64,000 bases of DNA from Chlorokybus atmophyticus (GCA_009103225.1 RHPI01003599.1:219463-283462); one strand, 5' to 3'. Positions 26,409 through 38,349 are shown, numbered from the stretch's first letter. Notes: a model not told the origin generated them from the sequence alone. Program-made: numbers and translations.

Positions 26409-26982
26409 TAAGGCTGGGACGTAACAACTATGTTCTGTTTCAAAAAGCGAACAAAGAACATTTTTTGTTTTTACATCGATGATCAAAAAGTAAAGCGAAA
26501 TAAGGGTCGAAAGAACGTTTTTTGAGGGGTTCGTTCCCCACAACGCATATAGGTGTGTGAATGAATGGAACCTTTTGCAGTCCCGCAATATCACACATAG
26601 TCACGCGATGTTCATGCGTGACACTACATACCACGTGACGCAGCGTGACTCGACGTGTTACAAGTGTCCAATACACGCTTCTATATCACATTGAAGCGTG
26701 TACCATGTGACATGTTAAGTAGCGTAATACATGCCATTGATAATGCAATCCTTTACATGAGATGATGCATGTGCCCGTGTTGATATATTTTATGTATGTT
26801 TTAATCAAAGATTTAATTCATATTGTTATTTTTTATCATTGGTTCGTTCGCTGTCGCTCATGAATGACGCTTGTTTTGTTCTACAAGGTAAGGTTATATC
26901 AACTTTGAAATAACCATAATATTCAGGTTCTTGTTCTTTGTTTGTCCGGTCATGCTCAAACCTCAGCTCGGCCCCAACCCTA
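26409..26982. mobile_element. hAT-type MITE, family A copy 2 (inverted relative to 9139-9651)
   Basis: Ends taaggctggg / tcggccccaacccta. Shares internal blocks with copy 1 (gaacaaaacaagcg, gtcgagtcacgctg, gaaataa.ggtcgaaagaacgtt). TSD not preserved. Confidence 0.65.
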
Positions 26983-27057
26983 ACCACAATGGCATTTCTC
27001 TAACATGGAAAACATTCTCTCGTTGTTAAATGGGGACACAAAGCATACAAATACTAA

Positions 27058-27562
27058 TGTCACGAATTGGGATAAATTGTGACAGACCTCACTCATGGTA
27101 GTGTCTTTTACTACCATAGCCTAGTGGTCGGGCCCCGATTGTTACAATGGTATCGGAGCTTGACGTCTCAGGTTCAATTCCCGTAGGGGACTGAGGCAGA
27201 TCCAAGGCAAAAATAACATTTGGGGCGGCTTGCCCTAGGCTGGGCGCGGGATCACAACCTGCGCGCCGAGCCAATTTAACCTAAGGCCGCGTGAGCGGTC
27301 GCGCTGCGATCGCAGGTCGCGCGGTGAGGATGGCCGTTCGGTCGGTCAGGACCGTTCATGGGCTGGATCCAACAGGCCGCGGGCAGACCGATCGTGGTAC
27401 GGCCGCAAACACGGCGACGTGGGCTAGTGCCTCATTGGATTATGAGGAACTCATGGGTTAAATTGGGGAGGAATGTCACGAATTGGGATAAATTGTGACA
27501 GACCTCACTCATGGTAGTGTCTTTTACTACCATAGCCTAGTGGTCGGGCCCCGATTGTTACA
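27058..27562 (+). mobile_element. TRIM (mini LTR retroelement) 1, 505 bp, non-coding
   Basis: Identical 89-bp LTRs TGT...ACA (27058-27146, 27474-27562), PBS tggtatcggagc (27148-27159, iMet-type), PPT ggggaggaa before the 3' LTR, 5-bp TSD actaa. Confidence 0.95.
27117..27181 (+). promoter_or_regulatory. tRNA-type Pol III internal promoter spanning the 5' LTR/PBS junction of TRIM1
   Basis: A-box TAGCCTAGTGG at 27117-27127 and B-box GGTTCAATTCC at 27171-27181, 43 nt apart. Confidence 0.65.
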
Positions 27563-28422
27563 ACTAAAGTCCATGCCTATAATGGCAAATGCCCTGGCCG
27601 TGGCGCCGCACTGCAACGGTGCTGCGTGCATTACCGTTAACAGGTAAGGTCTGGTCGATAGCGCGCCGGTCGAATTGGTGGGGCGCTGAGTTTGCAAATT
27701 GAAACGCCCGAGGCGGCCCCTGCTCGCTGACAGTGTGACTTTAATAAATTTCTTCAGTTGAGGTCGTAGCCACTGCTGGCCATGCACCATGCATCATGGC
27801 CTCAGTAGTCGGTTTCATAGATATTACCTATGCTTGGGGTAGGTTTTACATATAGTTGCACAATGCGGCTAAGTGTCGGAATGCATACGGTATATTACCC
27901 GTATTGCTTGTCCGTCGTATTAAATTCGCGGTAATACGCGTATTAAGGGTTAGGGTTTGGGTCTGAATAGTTAAGGTGCCTGCAAAGCCCTAATTGAGCC
28001 TGCGCCGCGTTTCAAGCCCTTACTTACTGCGCAGCGCACGATGCCAAGATGTGCGGCTGTCGCGTTTACATGATAATAAACCACTTTACCACCTACCATG
28101 CCCCTAGAACATGTCAACATGTTAGGTGCATTTAGCGTATTGGCCGCATCAACGTTTTAAATGCAAAGTATCATACCCGTATGAGTCTCTAGACGTATCA
28201 AATACCGTATACAATTTGTGCAACTATGGTTTTACATGAATCAATCCCAGTCAATCTCTGACTAAGCAAACCGCGATTTAGGACAGACCTTTGAATTGAA
28301 GGCTTAATTGTGGTGCAGACAACGCCACGGCCGGGCAGGCTGATGGTTACGAGATCAAGAAACGATCGCGCATAATTGGGCCAATTGGGCCAATTGCACT
28401 CACCACTACATACAGCCCATAA

Positions 28423-28779
28423 AGCCTCGGTCACACATGTTAGGGTTAGCGGCTAGCTGCGTTTGCGGTCAGCTGACCGCGACGTAACGCGGTTTCGTAA
28501 GTCGCGAATTACCAACCGCGGTCGAAAACGTAACCTCCGGTCACACCATAGTGCGTGACGTCGGCGTTAGGGTTCAATTCTCCGCGAGGATCCCGATTTT
28601 CTCGGGTGCCCTCTCGTTATGTTTAGCTAAACGCGGGTGTTACGTTTAGGCCTTGCGTTATGGTTAACTGGACGTGACGCCGTCGAGACGTAACTAAATT
28701 CGGCGGTCACATCGTCTGACCGCGTTTCGTCAGTCGAAAACGCGGAATCAGACCAAACGCGACCGTGTGTGACCCGCCT
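28423..28779. mobile_element. PIF/Harbinger-type MITE
   Basis: Imperfect TIR agcctcggtcacac / gtgtgacccgcct, TAA on both flanks (28420-28422, 28780-28782), many internal acgtaac/accgcg repeats. Confidence 0.55.
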
Positions 28780-28839
28780 TAAGGCGCACAGAATAACAAC
28801 GTTGTGGCAGCTGTATTACCCGCTCACCGCATCGGCTTC

Positions 28840-28984
<145 letters not shown>

Positions 28985-29164
28985 NGAGCCTGCCTGGCTC
29001 ATACGCACATATCAAGCGGGCCACGAGTAAGCTTGGTCATGCATGCATGCACGCACGCTGTACGTATCTGTCTGCATGCCGCTGCACCCGCAGCATCATT
29101 TCACTAGTCTCCTTGCAATCTCAGGCAAAGGTCAGCGCAACACCCTTCTCTCATCGTTTTCACA

Positions 29165-29354
29165 ATGGATGTTAGGGCGTCTTCATTCTCCCGCACAGCA
29201 CTGCTGCTGGCGGCGCCGCTGCTGCTGTGATGGCTACGCCGCTGGCAACCAACACTGCTACAAGCAGCCGCAAACTGCTGCAGGAGCCGTCCTACATTGT
29301 ACCTTCCACTTGCCCAAGTCCCGACGGGATCTTTGCCAATTCTTGCGACTGTAG
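29165..29354 (+). pseudogene. CBM14-like secreted protein paralogue 1, frameshifted
   Basis: MDVRASSFSRTALLL is followed by a deletion and frameshift (stop after 21 codons). The other frame gives AVMATPLATNTATSSRKLLQEPSYIVPSTCPSPDGIFANSCDC and the same AG|GTGAGG donor plus (CT)n intron as the intact copy. Exon 2 not found. Confidence 0.7.
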
Positions 29355-29379
29355 GTGAGGCCAACATACACCTATCATG

Positions 29380-29464
<85 letters not shown>

Positions 29465-30685
29465 TGCGTGCGTGCGTGCGTATGTAGGTGAAAGAGAGAT
29501 AGAATCTGGCTCGCTCGGCCCCTAGCTTGCGTGTGCAAGTATGTGCACGCAGCTGTGTATGTGTATGCGCGCCCCCAAAGGTTTGCTGGCTGTGTCTGGC
29601 ATGAGATATTGAATCAACAGCAAAACTACAAACTTTACAGCTTCGACGGGTAGATGGACAGAAAGGTGCCTGCGTGTACTGCATTAAGTACTGGCAAGAA
29701 CCGCACAGCATGGGTGTGCATGATTGTACCTGCACGCGTGCGTGTGCGCGCATGTGCTGCACTGCAGCGTGCGTGGTGCACATACACGTACGCGTCACAG
29801 TAATCATGTAATGAGTCGTGCAGCAAGTGTGAGCGCACATGGGCTTGCGTGTGCGTGATGCATTATGAGTGTGTATATGCATGTTGCGGCAGCATATGCG
29901 CGAGTGTGCAAGCGCGCACGTGGTGCTGCAGCATGCCAGCTGGCTTGCTGTAGCATCATGATGCATGCGTGATATATATTGTGTGTTGAGTCGAGTTTTC
30001 ACATCTCAACACAGCAGTGCAGCAAATTGCGCATGCTTGCTTCGCACAAGTGCGCGCCGAGTATTGCAGCCTGCAACCAAGTGCGCAGCCGCACTACCAA
30101 ACTCAGTGTGAGGTGTAGACCAACGAGTACATGCTTTGTGTGCTTTAAGTGCGTGGGTCGGCGTTGTATTCACTGCCTGGTGACTCGAGTCACATGCATC
30201 TTGAACTCAGGATGCATGTGAAGGTGTGAGTGTCTGCATGCCACACTCTTTCTCACAGTGTGTGTGTCTAAGCATGTCAGCAGTTACCAATTCGGCAAGA
30301 GAGATACACGCAGATGTGTGAGACAGAGTACTTTCGTTGAACATGGGTGTGTGTATTATCGTGTACATACCAAATGATTCGGCAAAAGGGCTGCTGGCAG
30401 TGTGTCGGGTCGAGGAGAGTCGAGGGTCACACTGTCTCGGGCCGCTGCAGGGAAAGACATGCTTGCTAGCCCTGTTGCTGCAACATGTTGTAACATGTAG
30501 CAAAAGTAAAAGATAACCAGCTCGTATGGCGAGGAGTGCTTGGTGGAGCTGCTTCGTGGTCGCTGAATCACACGGACATGTGGAGGTGGTGTCCTCTTTA
30601 GTGTACATGCTGTGCTGTAGGATACACAGTCAACAAGCCACCCCCCCTGAGCTTTAGGGGAGGTTCCAGCTTCAGAGCTCAGTTG

Positions 30686-30870
30686 TTAACGCAGGTGAGG
30701 AGGACCGCTGGTGCGGCAATCGTCGCACCAGTACGCCTCCATGGGTATTGTGTCCAATGGGGGCTCCTGACAGTAGCGATGCAGGCCCTTGTTACAGCCA
30801 TCGCAGAGCATCATGAGTGCGTCGTCGGCGGCGCTGCCGCAGCGTTCACAGCGTGTGCTGCGGGCGGGGC
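30686..30870 (-). pseudogene. PHD finger at the integrase C-terminus
   Basis: CERCGSAADDALMMLCDGCNKGLHRYCQEPPLDTIPMEAYWCDDC fits the C4HC3 pattern. Confidence 0.9.
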
Positions 30871-30989
30871 GAGGGTGCTGGATGCGCGCAAAGCCAGCTA
30901 TGTGAGGAAGGTGATTTGGCGCGCAGTTCACCATGTTGTCTTTTAACCTCTCGCCATTCTAACCGAGGAGGTCCAGCACCCCTGTGGGG

Positions 30990-32130
30990 TACACCTTGAG
31001 TACCTTGTAGACGGTGCGGCCTACGGAAGTGTCGAGCGTGTTCTTGGTGGCTGCCATGCGGTAGGCAAAGTCCCCTGCTTGAAACCGCCGTTGGCGCTCC
31101 TTATGAGAAGCCGCTCCGCACACGCTTGTAGCGCAAGGTGTCGCGGTGCTGTGCGATGCGTAGGTTGTTAAAGGCCATCGGGACGGTGTGCTTGAACAGC
31201 GCGGCGCGTGTGGTAATGTCGTGGTGCATCCAGTAGGGATCGTCGAGGTTGTTCACCACACGATCTACTTCCTGCTGTGCATAAAAAGGAAGCAATGGCG
31301 GACGCCCGAACAGGAGGTAGTATGGGCTGTACTCACGCAGAGCCGCCTGCTTTGACAATCAGTATTCAAGGGCCACCCACGGAAGGTGGTCGTCCCAGGT
31401 GTTCTTCTCATATTCCAGCACGTACTTGCGGAGTGCCTTCTTGATGGTCTGCACTGTACGCTCGGCGAGACCGTTGGCCTAGGGGTGGTCATGCGAAGTG
31501 CGGCAATTATCGATGTAGCATCTGTTCAACAGGGTGTCGAACTCCCCTCTGAACTCAGTGCCTTGGTCGGTGATGACCTCAGCGCAGCTGCCGAACCGGC
31601 TGAGGACATTGGAGAGGAAGGCTTGAGACACCCCCCTGCTGCTCTTGGCGGGTAATGGCCACAGCTCCACCCATTTGGAGAAGTGCTCGATCATGACCAG
31701 GATGTAACGGTTGCCACGTGCCGAGGGTGCCAAGTCTTCCGAGATGTCGAGTCTCCAGCAATAGAAAGACCGGAGATGGGGAGAGGGTGCAAGGTGGCAC
31801 TGCGTGTGTTAAGACTGGCGCGTACCATGTCACACTGATGGCAGTGACTGACGAACCCCTGCACCTGTTAAGACAGCCCATACCACCAATATTGCGCCCT
31901 TATCAGGCTGACGTTACGCTTGACACCGAAGTGTCCAAGCTCAGTGTGGAGGGCAGCAATGATACCCTCGCGTGTGGTTGGTGTCGGCACCTCCTTATCT
32001 TCGTCATGGACGTGGCGATGCAACTTGTCGTCCGCCCACCGATAGTGGCGGGTGCATTGACTGACACGATCTTTCTCTCGTGCACTCATGTTGGAGGGAA
32101 GCTGGCCACTCTGAAGGAAGGAGAGTGATG
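30990..32130 (-). pseudogene. Retroviral-type integrase (frameshifted)
   Basis: HTELGHFGVKR...YWWYG (HHCC region), LVMIEHFSKWVE, VITDQGTEF, ANGLAERTVQTIK, SPYYLLFGRPP. Confidence 0.9.
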
Positions 32131-32439
32131 GCTTGTCTAGCCATATGTTCTGCCTGGTGTCGGTGGGTGCCAGCTCGGTGCCGTCAACTTCAATGTCGAC
32201 CGTGTGGACGTCCCCTGGGGGTGTGGTCACTGTGGGGCCGGTATACTTAAGGGCAGGAATCTCCTCTGCCGTTGAGGTGGCGGTGTTGATTTGGCGCCCT
32301 GAACGTAACGCGGCAACAGCAAACATGGCCGCCACGATGGGAGCTGCTGCTGCAGGGCCGAGCTCGTGCCGACCTCCGATTGCATCATCGGTAGTGAGGT
32401 GAGGGTTGCGACTGACTCAGCCTCGGAGGCCATCAGCGT

Positions 32440-33780
32440 CTTGGTTGGTGAGGCCGGCGCGGTGGTCGATCTCGAAGTCACACTCCTGCAACAACAGGGC
32501 CCAGCAAGCAAGTTTCCCTGTCAGATGTTGGTTGGTCATCAACCACTTGAGTGACTGGTGATCAGCTGAAATTGCCGACCAAAGAGGAAAGGTCTAAAGA
32601 GGGAGATAGCCCACACTGCGAGGCACTCCCCCTTGTAGCTGCTGTAGTCCGCCTCTGCGCTGTTGTTGCTTCGGCTGGCGTATGACACCACCCGCTCCTT
32701 CTTGTTCTCATCGTGCTGCACCAGCACAGCCCCCATCCCAAGCTTGCTCCAATCGGTGGGAGGGATGAAGGGCTTTGTGTAGTCAGGGCGTTGCAGGATG
32801 GCTTCTCAAACGCCTGCTGCTGTGGCTCGTTCCACGCGAACTCCACTTTTTTCTTCGAAAGTTCGTTAAGGGGCCGCGCGATCTTTGCGAAGTTTCTACG
32901 AATCAGCGATAGTAGTTGACAAGGTTCTTAAAGGCGCGCAGACGCGTAAGGTCCGTTGGAGCAGGGATAGCTGCTAGGGCCTCCACCCTCGCCTGCTGCA
33001 CGTACACACCGTGGGGCACAATCATGTGCCCTATGTAGGGTACCTTACGAGTGAAGAAGGTGCACTTGTCGGGGCACCGTCATCCCCACCCCCTTGAGTC
33101 TCTCCAGCACCCCTCGATGTGCTGTAGGTGCTCTTCGCTGCTGCGGCTGAAGATAAGAATGTCGTCAATGTAGCATCGCGCGAAGTCCACCCCCTTCATG
33201 GCTTTGTCCATAACGCGTTGGAACTTGGCAAGAGCATTTTTTAGTCCGAAGGGCATGACCTTCCACTGGTACAGCTGCCGGTTGCCCCAAAAAGAGGTCT
33301 TGTGCTTGTCCTCCTCCTTGATAGCGATCTGGTTGTACCTTGTCGCATGTCCAGGATGCTGAAGACGGTACAGTCTTCTACATCATAAAAAAATACCCTC
33401 AGCAGTAGGCATTGGGTACCTGTCTTGTTTGGTTTTGTTGTTGAGGGGGCGATAGTCGCCGCACATACGCCAGTCTGTCCAGTTGCCTGCTACATCCTTC
33501 TTTTGGGGCATGACGGTCGCGGTCGCAAAGTTTAATGTGGACTTCTCAATTAGGCCTGCAGTTAGCAGAGCCTTGCACCTCTGCTCCACCAAGTCTTCTT
33601 CCAACTTGAGAGTCGGTATTGTCGTCGAGACATCGGTTCGGTGTCCACCAACTTTGTGTCCATCTAATAAACTGAGCAAACGCCCAGTTCCTTCACGCTG
33701 AAGCTGAACTGACTCCTCCACTTGTTGAGGAGAGCCTCAAGTTGTTCTCGCGTCTGGCATGTAGCCAGTGGTCCAATGGC
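32440..33780 (-). pseudogene. Gypsy reverse transcriptase and RNase H (frameshifted)
   Basis: WRMCGDYRPLNNKTKQDRYPMP, YQWKVMPFGLKNA, YIDD at 33161-33172, VSYASRSNNSAEADYSSYKGECLA, WALLLQECDFEIDHRAG. Confidence 0.92.
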
Positions 33781-33900
33781 ATGGGACCAAGAGGTAGCAT
33801 TGGCAACTACTGGGATGTCCTCCCACATTGATTGCTGCCTGCTCCTCCATATGGGCAATTTCGAGGGCGGTGTGTGCCGCTTTGGTCTCTCGCACGCGAC

Positions 33901-33993
<93 letters not shown>

Positions 33994-34077
33994 ACACGGC
34001 TAGGTGTTCGAGCTTATGGAAAGACACATGACGGTCCTGGAGAGCAAGCATATTTTTAATAATCATACCATGCTGTT

Positions 34078-35000
34078 CTAATCCATGGCGCGTCCCAACA
34101 GCTGACATTGCTGACTGTCGGTCAGCGCGTAACTTGTGATAATGCCTAGCGCGATTTCAATGGCGCATTGGCGCTCACGCGCGTTGGGTTCCTCCAGTCG
34201 GCTTGTGTTGGAATCCAACACCATGCCTTCGCCTTGGTTGCGGAAGGCGTTTGATCCTGGGTAAGACACCGGAGTGGGGAGCGCACAACATGGTTGACCA
34301 GGCTGGTTGCACTTGTAGCACTGCTGGTGATCGCGTCGTGTGACTGGTTGTGTTGTGCGCCCAGGGTCCAGGATAGCGTCGACAATGAGATCGCGTGGAC
34401 GACTGTTGAACAGATATTTAGCAGCAAAGAGATCCTCTACGGAAACCAGGTTGGTCCACTTGACGCGGACGCGATGAGCACGGGAGCCATGACGCGCTGC
34501 GTTGATTTTGAGAGGGTGCCCCAGTAAAGAACACACCTAACGGAAGCTGTTGGCCACGTGATGGCGCTTATCGTCCTTGGAGTGCACATTTTCGAAGATG
34601 TATCCTGGAGGCTTCGACAGCTGATTGCTCTGCAGGCATTTTGATGACACGCAGCAGTTCCCAGAACAGTTGCGAGCGAGGATCAGCGAGTCCTTGGCCT
34701 TTGCCGGCTCTGGAGTGTCCTTGACACTCCCATCCTGCTATGAGCAGGTTGACGTTGCCCACCGCCAGGAGGTGATCCGCAGTGATTAAACGGATGTCCT
34801 GTGGCAGTGCCGATAGCGGCAGTCGCTGCGGGTAGCATTTGTGTAGGTGGCGCAGGTGGTGGCTTGGGCAATCTGTGCGTGTGGATCCGGGTCACAGTAG
34901 AAGTACTTGATGACCGTCGCGCCGGTGTTGAGGACAGCGGCGAGGCCACTACCTATTCCTCCAAATAGTTGCAACACAATAATGCCTTGTTGTCGATGGA
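34078..35000 (-). pseudogene. C5-cytosine DNA methyltransferase domain embedded in pol
   Basis: Motif I VLQLFGGIGSG (~34950-34978); II YFYCD; IV LLIAGWECQGHSRAG (Cys ~34724-34726); V GLADPRSQLF; VI GYIFENV (ENV 34585-34593); VIII INAARHGSRAHRVRVKWTN; IX EEPNARER; X LLGRAMD. Correct order, with frameshifts between some motifs. Confidence 0.9.
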
Positions 35001-35399
35001 ATACGTGAAACTCCGCTACTCAAGTGGCCACCCCGCACAGGTGTTGCTCTTGGACCGCAGCTTGGTCTTTGTAAAGAGGGAACCGTGAAGTGAGCCATGG
35101 TCTGGTCGGTAGTAAATGTGCGACCATCTGTGCGCGCCAGCGGCGTTCCACTGGTTTCTAGTGGGCCACTTCTTCAGTGGCATCTTCCTGAGATTCGTCG
35201 TATGGGATAGGAGAGTCTTGGTCCGCGTTGTGGGTGACCACCGCAGCTGATCTGTTAGTGGTTGTCGAAACCGACCTGTAGGTGGCTGTTGCAGCTGACC
35301 TTTAGTGAGAGCGAGTGCGAGCCACCAGCTTGAGAGGCAGATATCCTTAAACCTATCCATCCTCCTCATCTCAATGGGGACGAAACCATGCCTTCTCTG

Positions 35400-35800
35400 T
35401 CCAGCAGTCCAGCCCCATGCCAACAGGGAAGTTAAAGTCCTGTCCCAGCAACATGTCGAAGGATCCTGCGTCGGTGACCACACACTTTTGTATGACCTCG
35501 GTGCTGTGGGAAGGGTCCACCCTATCAAGCGAATGCAAAGGGCCTGCTTGGTGATGCCAATCACCTTGTCACGGCTGCCGGTTGCTGTGTCGAGCACGTA
35601 TGGACAGGGCATCAGCTCAGCGCTGGTGATGCCAAGGTCAAGTGCAAGGTAGCCTCCGATAATGACAAGATGGGCTCCAGAGTCTAGCATCACGCGCTTG
35701 GGTGTTCGTCCATTGATGGTAACATGCTTGCCCTGGTTGGCGATCATGGTTGCATTGGCGTGGATGCGCAGCCGCTTGAATTGTCGATAGCGTGTGCGTG
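35400..35800 (-). pseudogene. Retropepsin aspartic protease
   Basis: RVMLDSGAHLVIIG (D at ~35682-35684). A downstream frame gives FDMLLGQDF. Confidence 0.85.
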
Positions 35801-36314
35801 GGGTGACAGCTGCTGCAGCCTCCTCCGATGGTGTCGAGAGAGAGCGCAATGCGGCAAGCGCCCCTCGACCAGCTGAGTCTCGCGCCTCCTCGTCCGCGGC
35901 TTGGCTGTTGATAAACACGCTGTGTCCTGGGTGCTAACGGTGCTGCATGTACCTGCCCTGGTTGTGGCGCAGGGGGATTGCGCATCTGTGTGGCCATGGT
36001 TATTCTTGGCGGCGTAGCCAGTGGCTGCTGGAGAAACCCTGGAGGACCGGGTGTTTGTGGGCCCGCCTCTCGTGCAGCCTGTTCTTCCACATAAGTCCAG
36101 CGTAATACATGAGCTGCCTCCCTGACGTGTACCTTCCCATGTGGCTGTCGGATTGTAGACCACATCACTCCAGCGATGATTCTGCGGCATGAGCTGGAGA
36201 TACACTGCGCGCAGGAGCCGCGCTCTTATGTTGTGGGTGATGGTGGGAACCCTTAAGATCCCTGCCATGTAGGCATCCCATTTGCCATTGACCACCCCCA
36301 CTTCTAGCACCGTT

Positions 36315-38349
36315 TGTTGAAGGTATTACATGGGTGATGCTGTATCCGGTCAGCTTGCCCTTCATACAGGAGTCGAGGGTCGAAGGTACCAGGAAGAAGC
36401 GCGTGGACTTTAGACTTAGCAAGACGGTCGAGTCATGACGGACTCCGGAGCAGGCTGCTTGGTAGAGCCTTGGGAGAAATCGCGTAGCTTCGTGGATACG
36501 TGAGCGTAGCAGGCGTGGTTTAGCTTGTTGGAAAGCTCTAGTTGTGAGCTAGACAGCGTAGCTTACAGAACAGCAATCGGCTGAGTATAGCGCACGCGGT
36601 GCTTGCCAATGTAGACGTGTGTAGAGACTGGCGGGGTATAAAGCCCAGACTTGTTGCAATGAAGATAAGAGGTCACGATGTAGCATGTGTGCGGATGCTA
36701 TGGCGGCAGTAGCAGTCATGCTGTTGTGTTGATGTTGTTGGCGTGTCACTTGCACGTGTGTATGTCAACAGGTTATGGGCCCACACATGCTTGTGTAGGT
36801 TGATGACGCACAATTGTATGTGTAGCTGTAGTTGCTTTGTGGTTATGTGGGGTTGTGAGGTCTGTAAGCAGAGAGGGCAACCAACCAAGGCCACCAGCAT
36901 GGACGGCTTGAAGATTGCGATTGGACTATTGGACGTTGACGACTACAACACTTGGAGTGTGAAGATGGAGCTACTACTGGCCCACAAGGAGATGCGGAAG
37001 TACATGGACCAAGAGGAGGAGATGATGGAGATCTTCTGGTGACTGAGTACGTAAAGTACTTGGAAGAGGAGGCGTCCTTGATACGTGGGAGCTGAAGATG
37101 TCAGCTCGTGTTGCTGAGTGCGAGGAATATTTGGTAGAGCGTGGTAAAGCGCGTTAAGTACTGCGAGAGGCAACCCGTGGTAAGCACGTTGATGTGCTTG
37201 GTGGAAGGAAGGGGAGCAGATGGCAACCCTTGAGGTCGAGCATGGTGGAGTGTTTGATGGACCTTCCGAGAAGGGGAGCGAGGGCAGTCCTTGGTAAAGC
37301 ACGGTAAAGTGCTTGGTACTTTGGTTGAAGCATGTGGAGTGCTTGGCTGAAGGTGCATGCGAGGAAGCGTGATGAGCACACTGGAAGCGTGATCACTTGG
37401 AAGCTGGACATGGAGCATCCTGGAGGCGTGAAGCTTGGAGGCTACACGCAGAAGCATGTGGACGTGGACATGAAGATGGCCATGGTGTGCGCAAGGTTGC
37501 TGCATTGATAAGGGTGGTTGAGGATGGAGTTGCAAGATACCACAAGGTCATGAGCAACAAGGAGGCACAAGTAGGTTGCGATCGTGGAGCCCGTGGGAGC
37601 TGCCAGTGGTGGAAAGCAAGTTGACTAGAGGAGTCATGGGCTGATACCAGCGGCGGAGGCACTGTCAACGAGGACAGATGCAGCGGATGCATGAAGGCAA
37701 CATGTATGTACAACAAGGAGCAAGGTTGGTGGTCAACCATGAGGCTCGAGTTGCTGTGGAAGTGAACGACTTCAAGGTCATCCATGAGACGCATGGAGGC
37801 GTGAGGAAAAAGGTGAAGGCTTGCGTGAGAGCAAGCGGTGTGCGTGAGTAATGGAGGAGCTGATGTTGAAGGACAAGCTGCCCGCGTGGGAGTGTTGAAG
37901 GTATTATATGGGTGATGCTTGTATCCGGTCAGCTTGCCCTTCATACAGGAGTCGAGGGTCAAAGGTACTAGGAAGAAGCGCGTGGACTTCAGACTTAGCA
38001 AGACGGTCGAGTCATGACGGACTCCGGAGCAGGCTGCTTGGTAGAGCCTTGGGAGAAATCGCGTAGCTTCGTGGATACGTAAGCTTAGCAGGCGTGGTTT
38101 AGCTTGTTGGAAAGCTCTAGTTGTGAGCTAGACAGCGTAGCTTACAGAACAGCAATCGGCTGAGTATAGCGCACGCGGTGCTTGCCAATGTAGACGTGTG
38201 TAGAGACTGGCGGGGTATAAAGCCCAGACTTGTTGCAATGAAGATAAGAGGTCACGATGTAGCATGTGTGCGGATGCTATGGCGGCAGTAGCAGTCATGC
38301 TGTTGTGTTGACGTTGTTGGCGTGTCACTTGCACGTGTGTATGTCAACA
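36315..38349 (+). mobile_element. Non-autonomous Ty1/copia derivative (half-tRNA-primed type) nested in the gypsy element
   Basis: LTRs TGTTGAAG...GTCAACA at 36315-36770 and 37893-38349, about 8 differences counted by eye. PBS ggttatgggccca (36771-36783), PPT gtgggag, 5-bp TSD ccgtt. Gag remnant MDGLKIAIGLLDVDDYNTWSVKMELLL at 36899. No pol. Confidence 0.93.

Noticed and set aside
30629-30641. 13-bp match agtcaacaagccac shared with ~41861-41874 as a possible gypsy LTR boundary
   Set aside because: The similarity does not extend further, so no LTR pair or TSD could be established.
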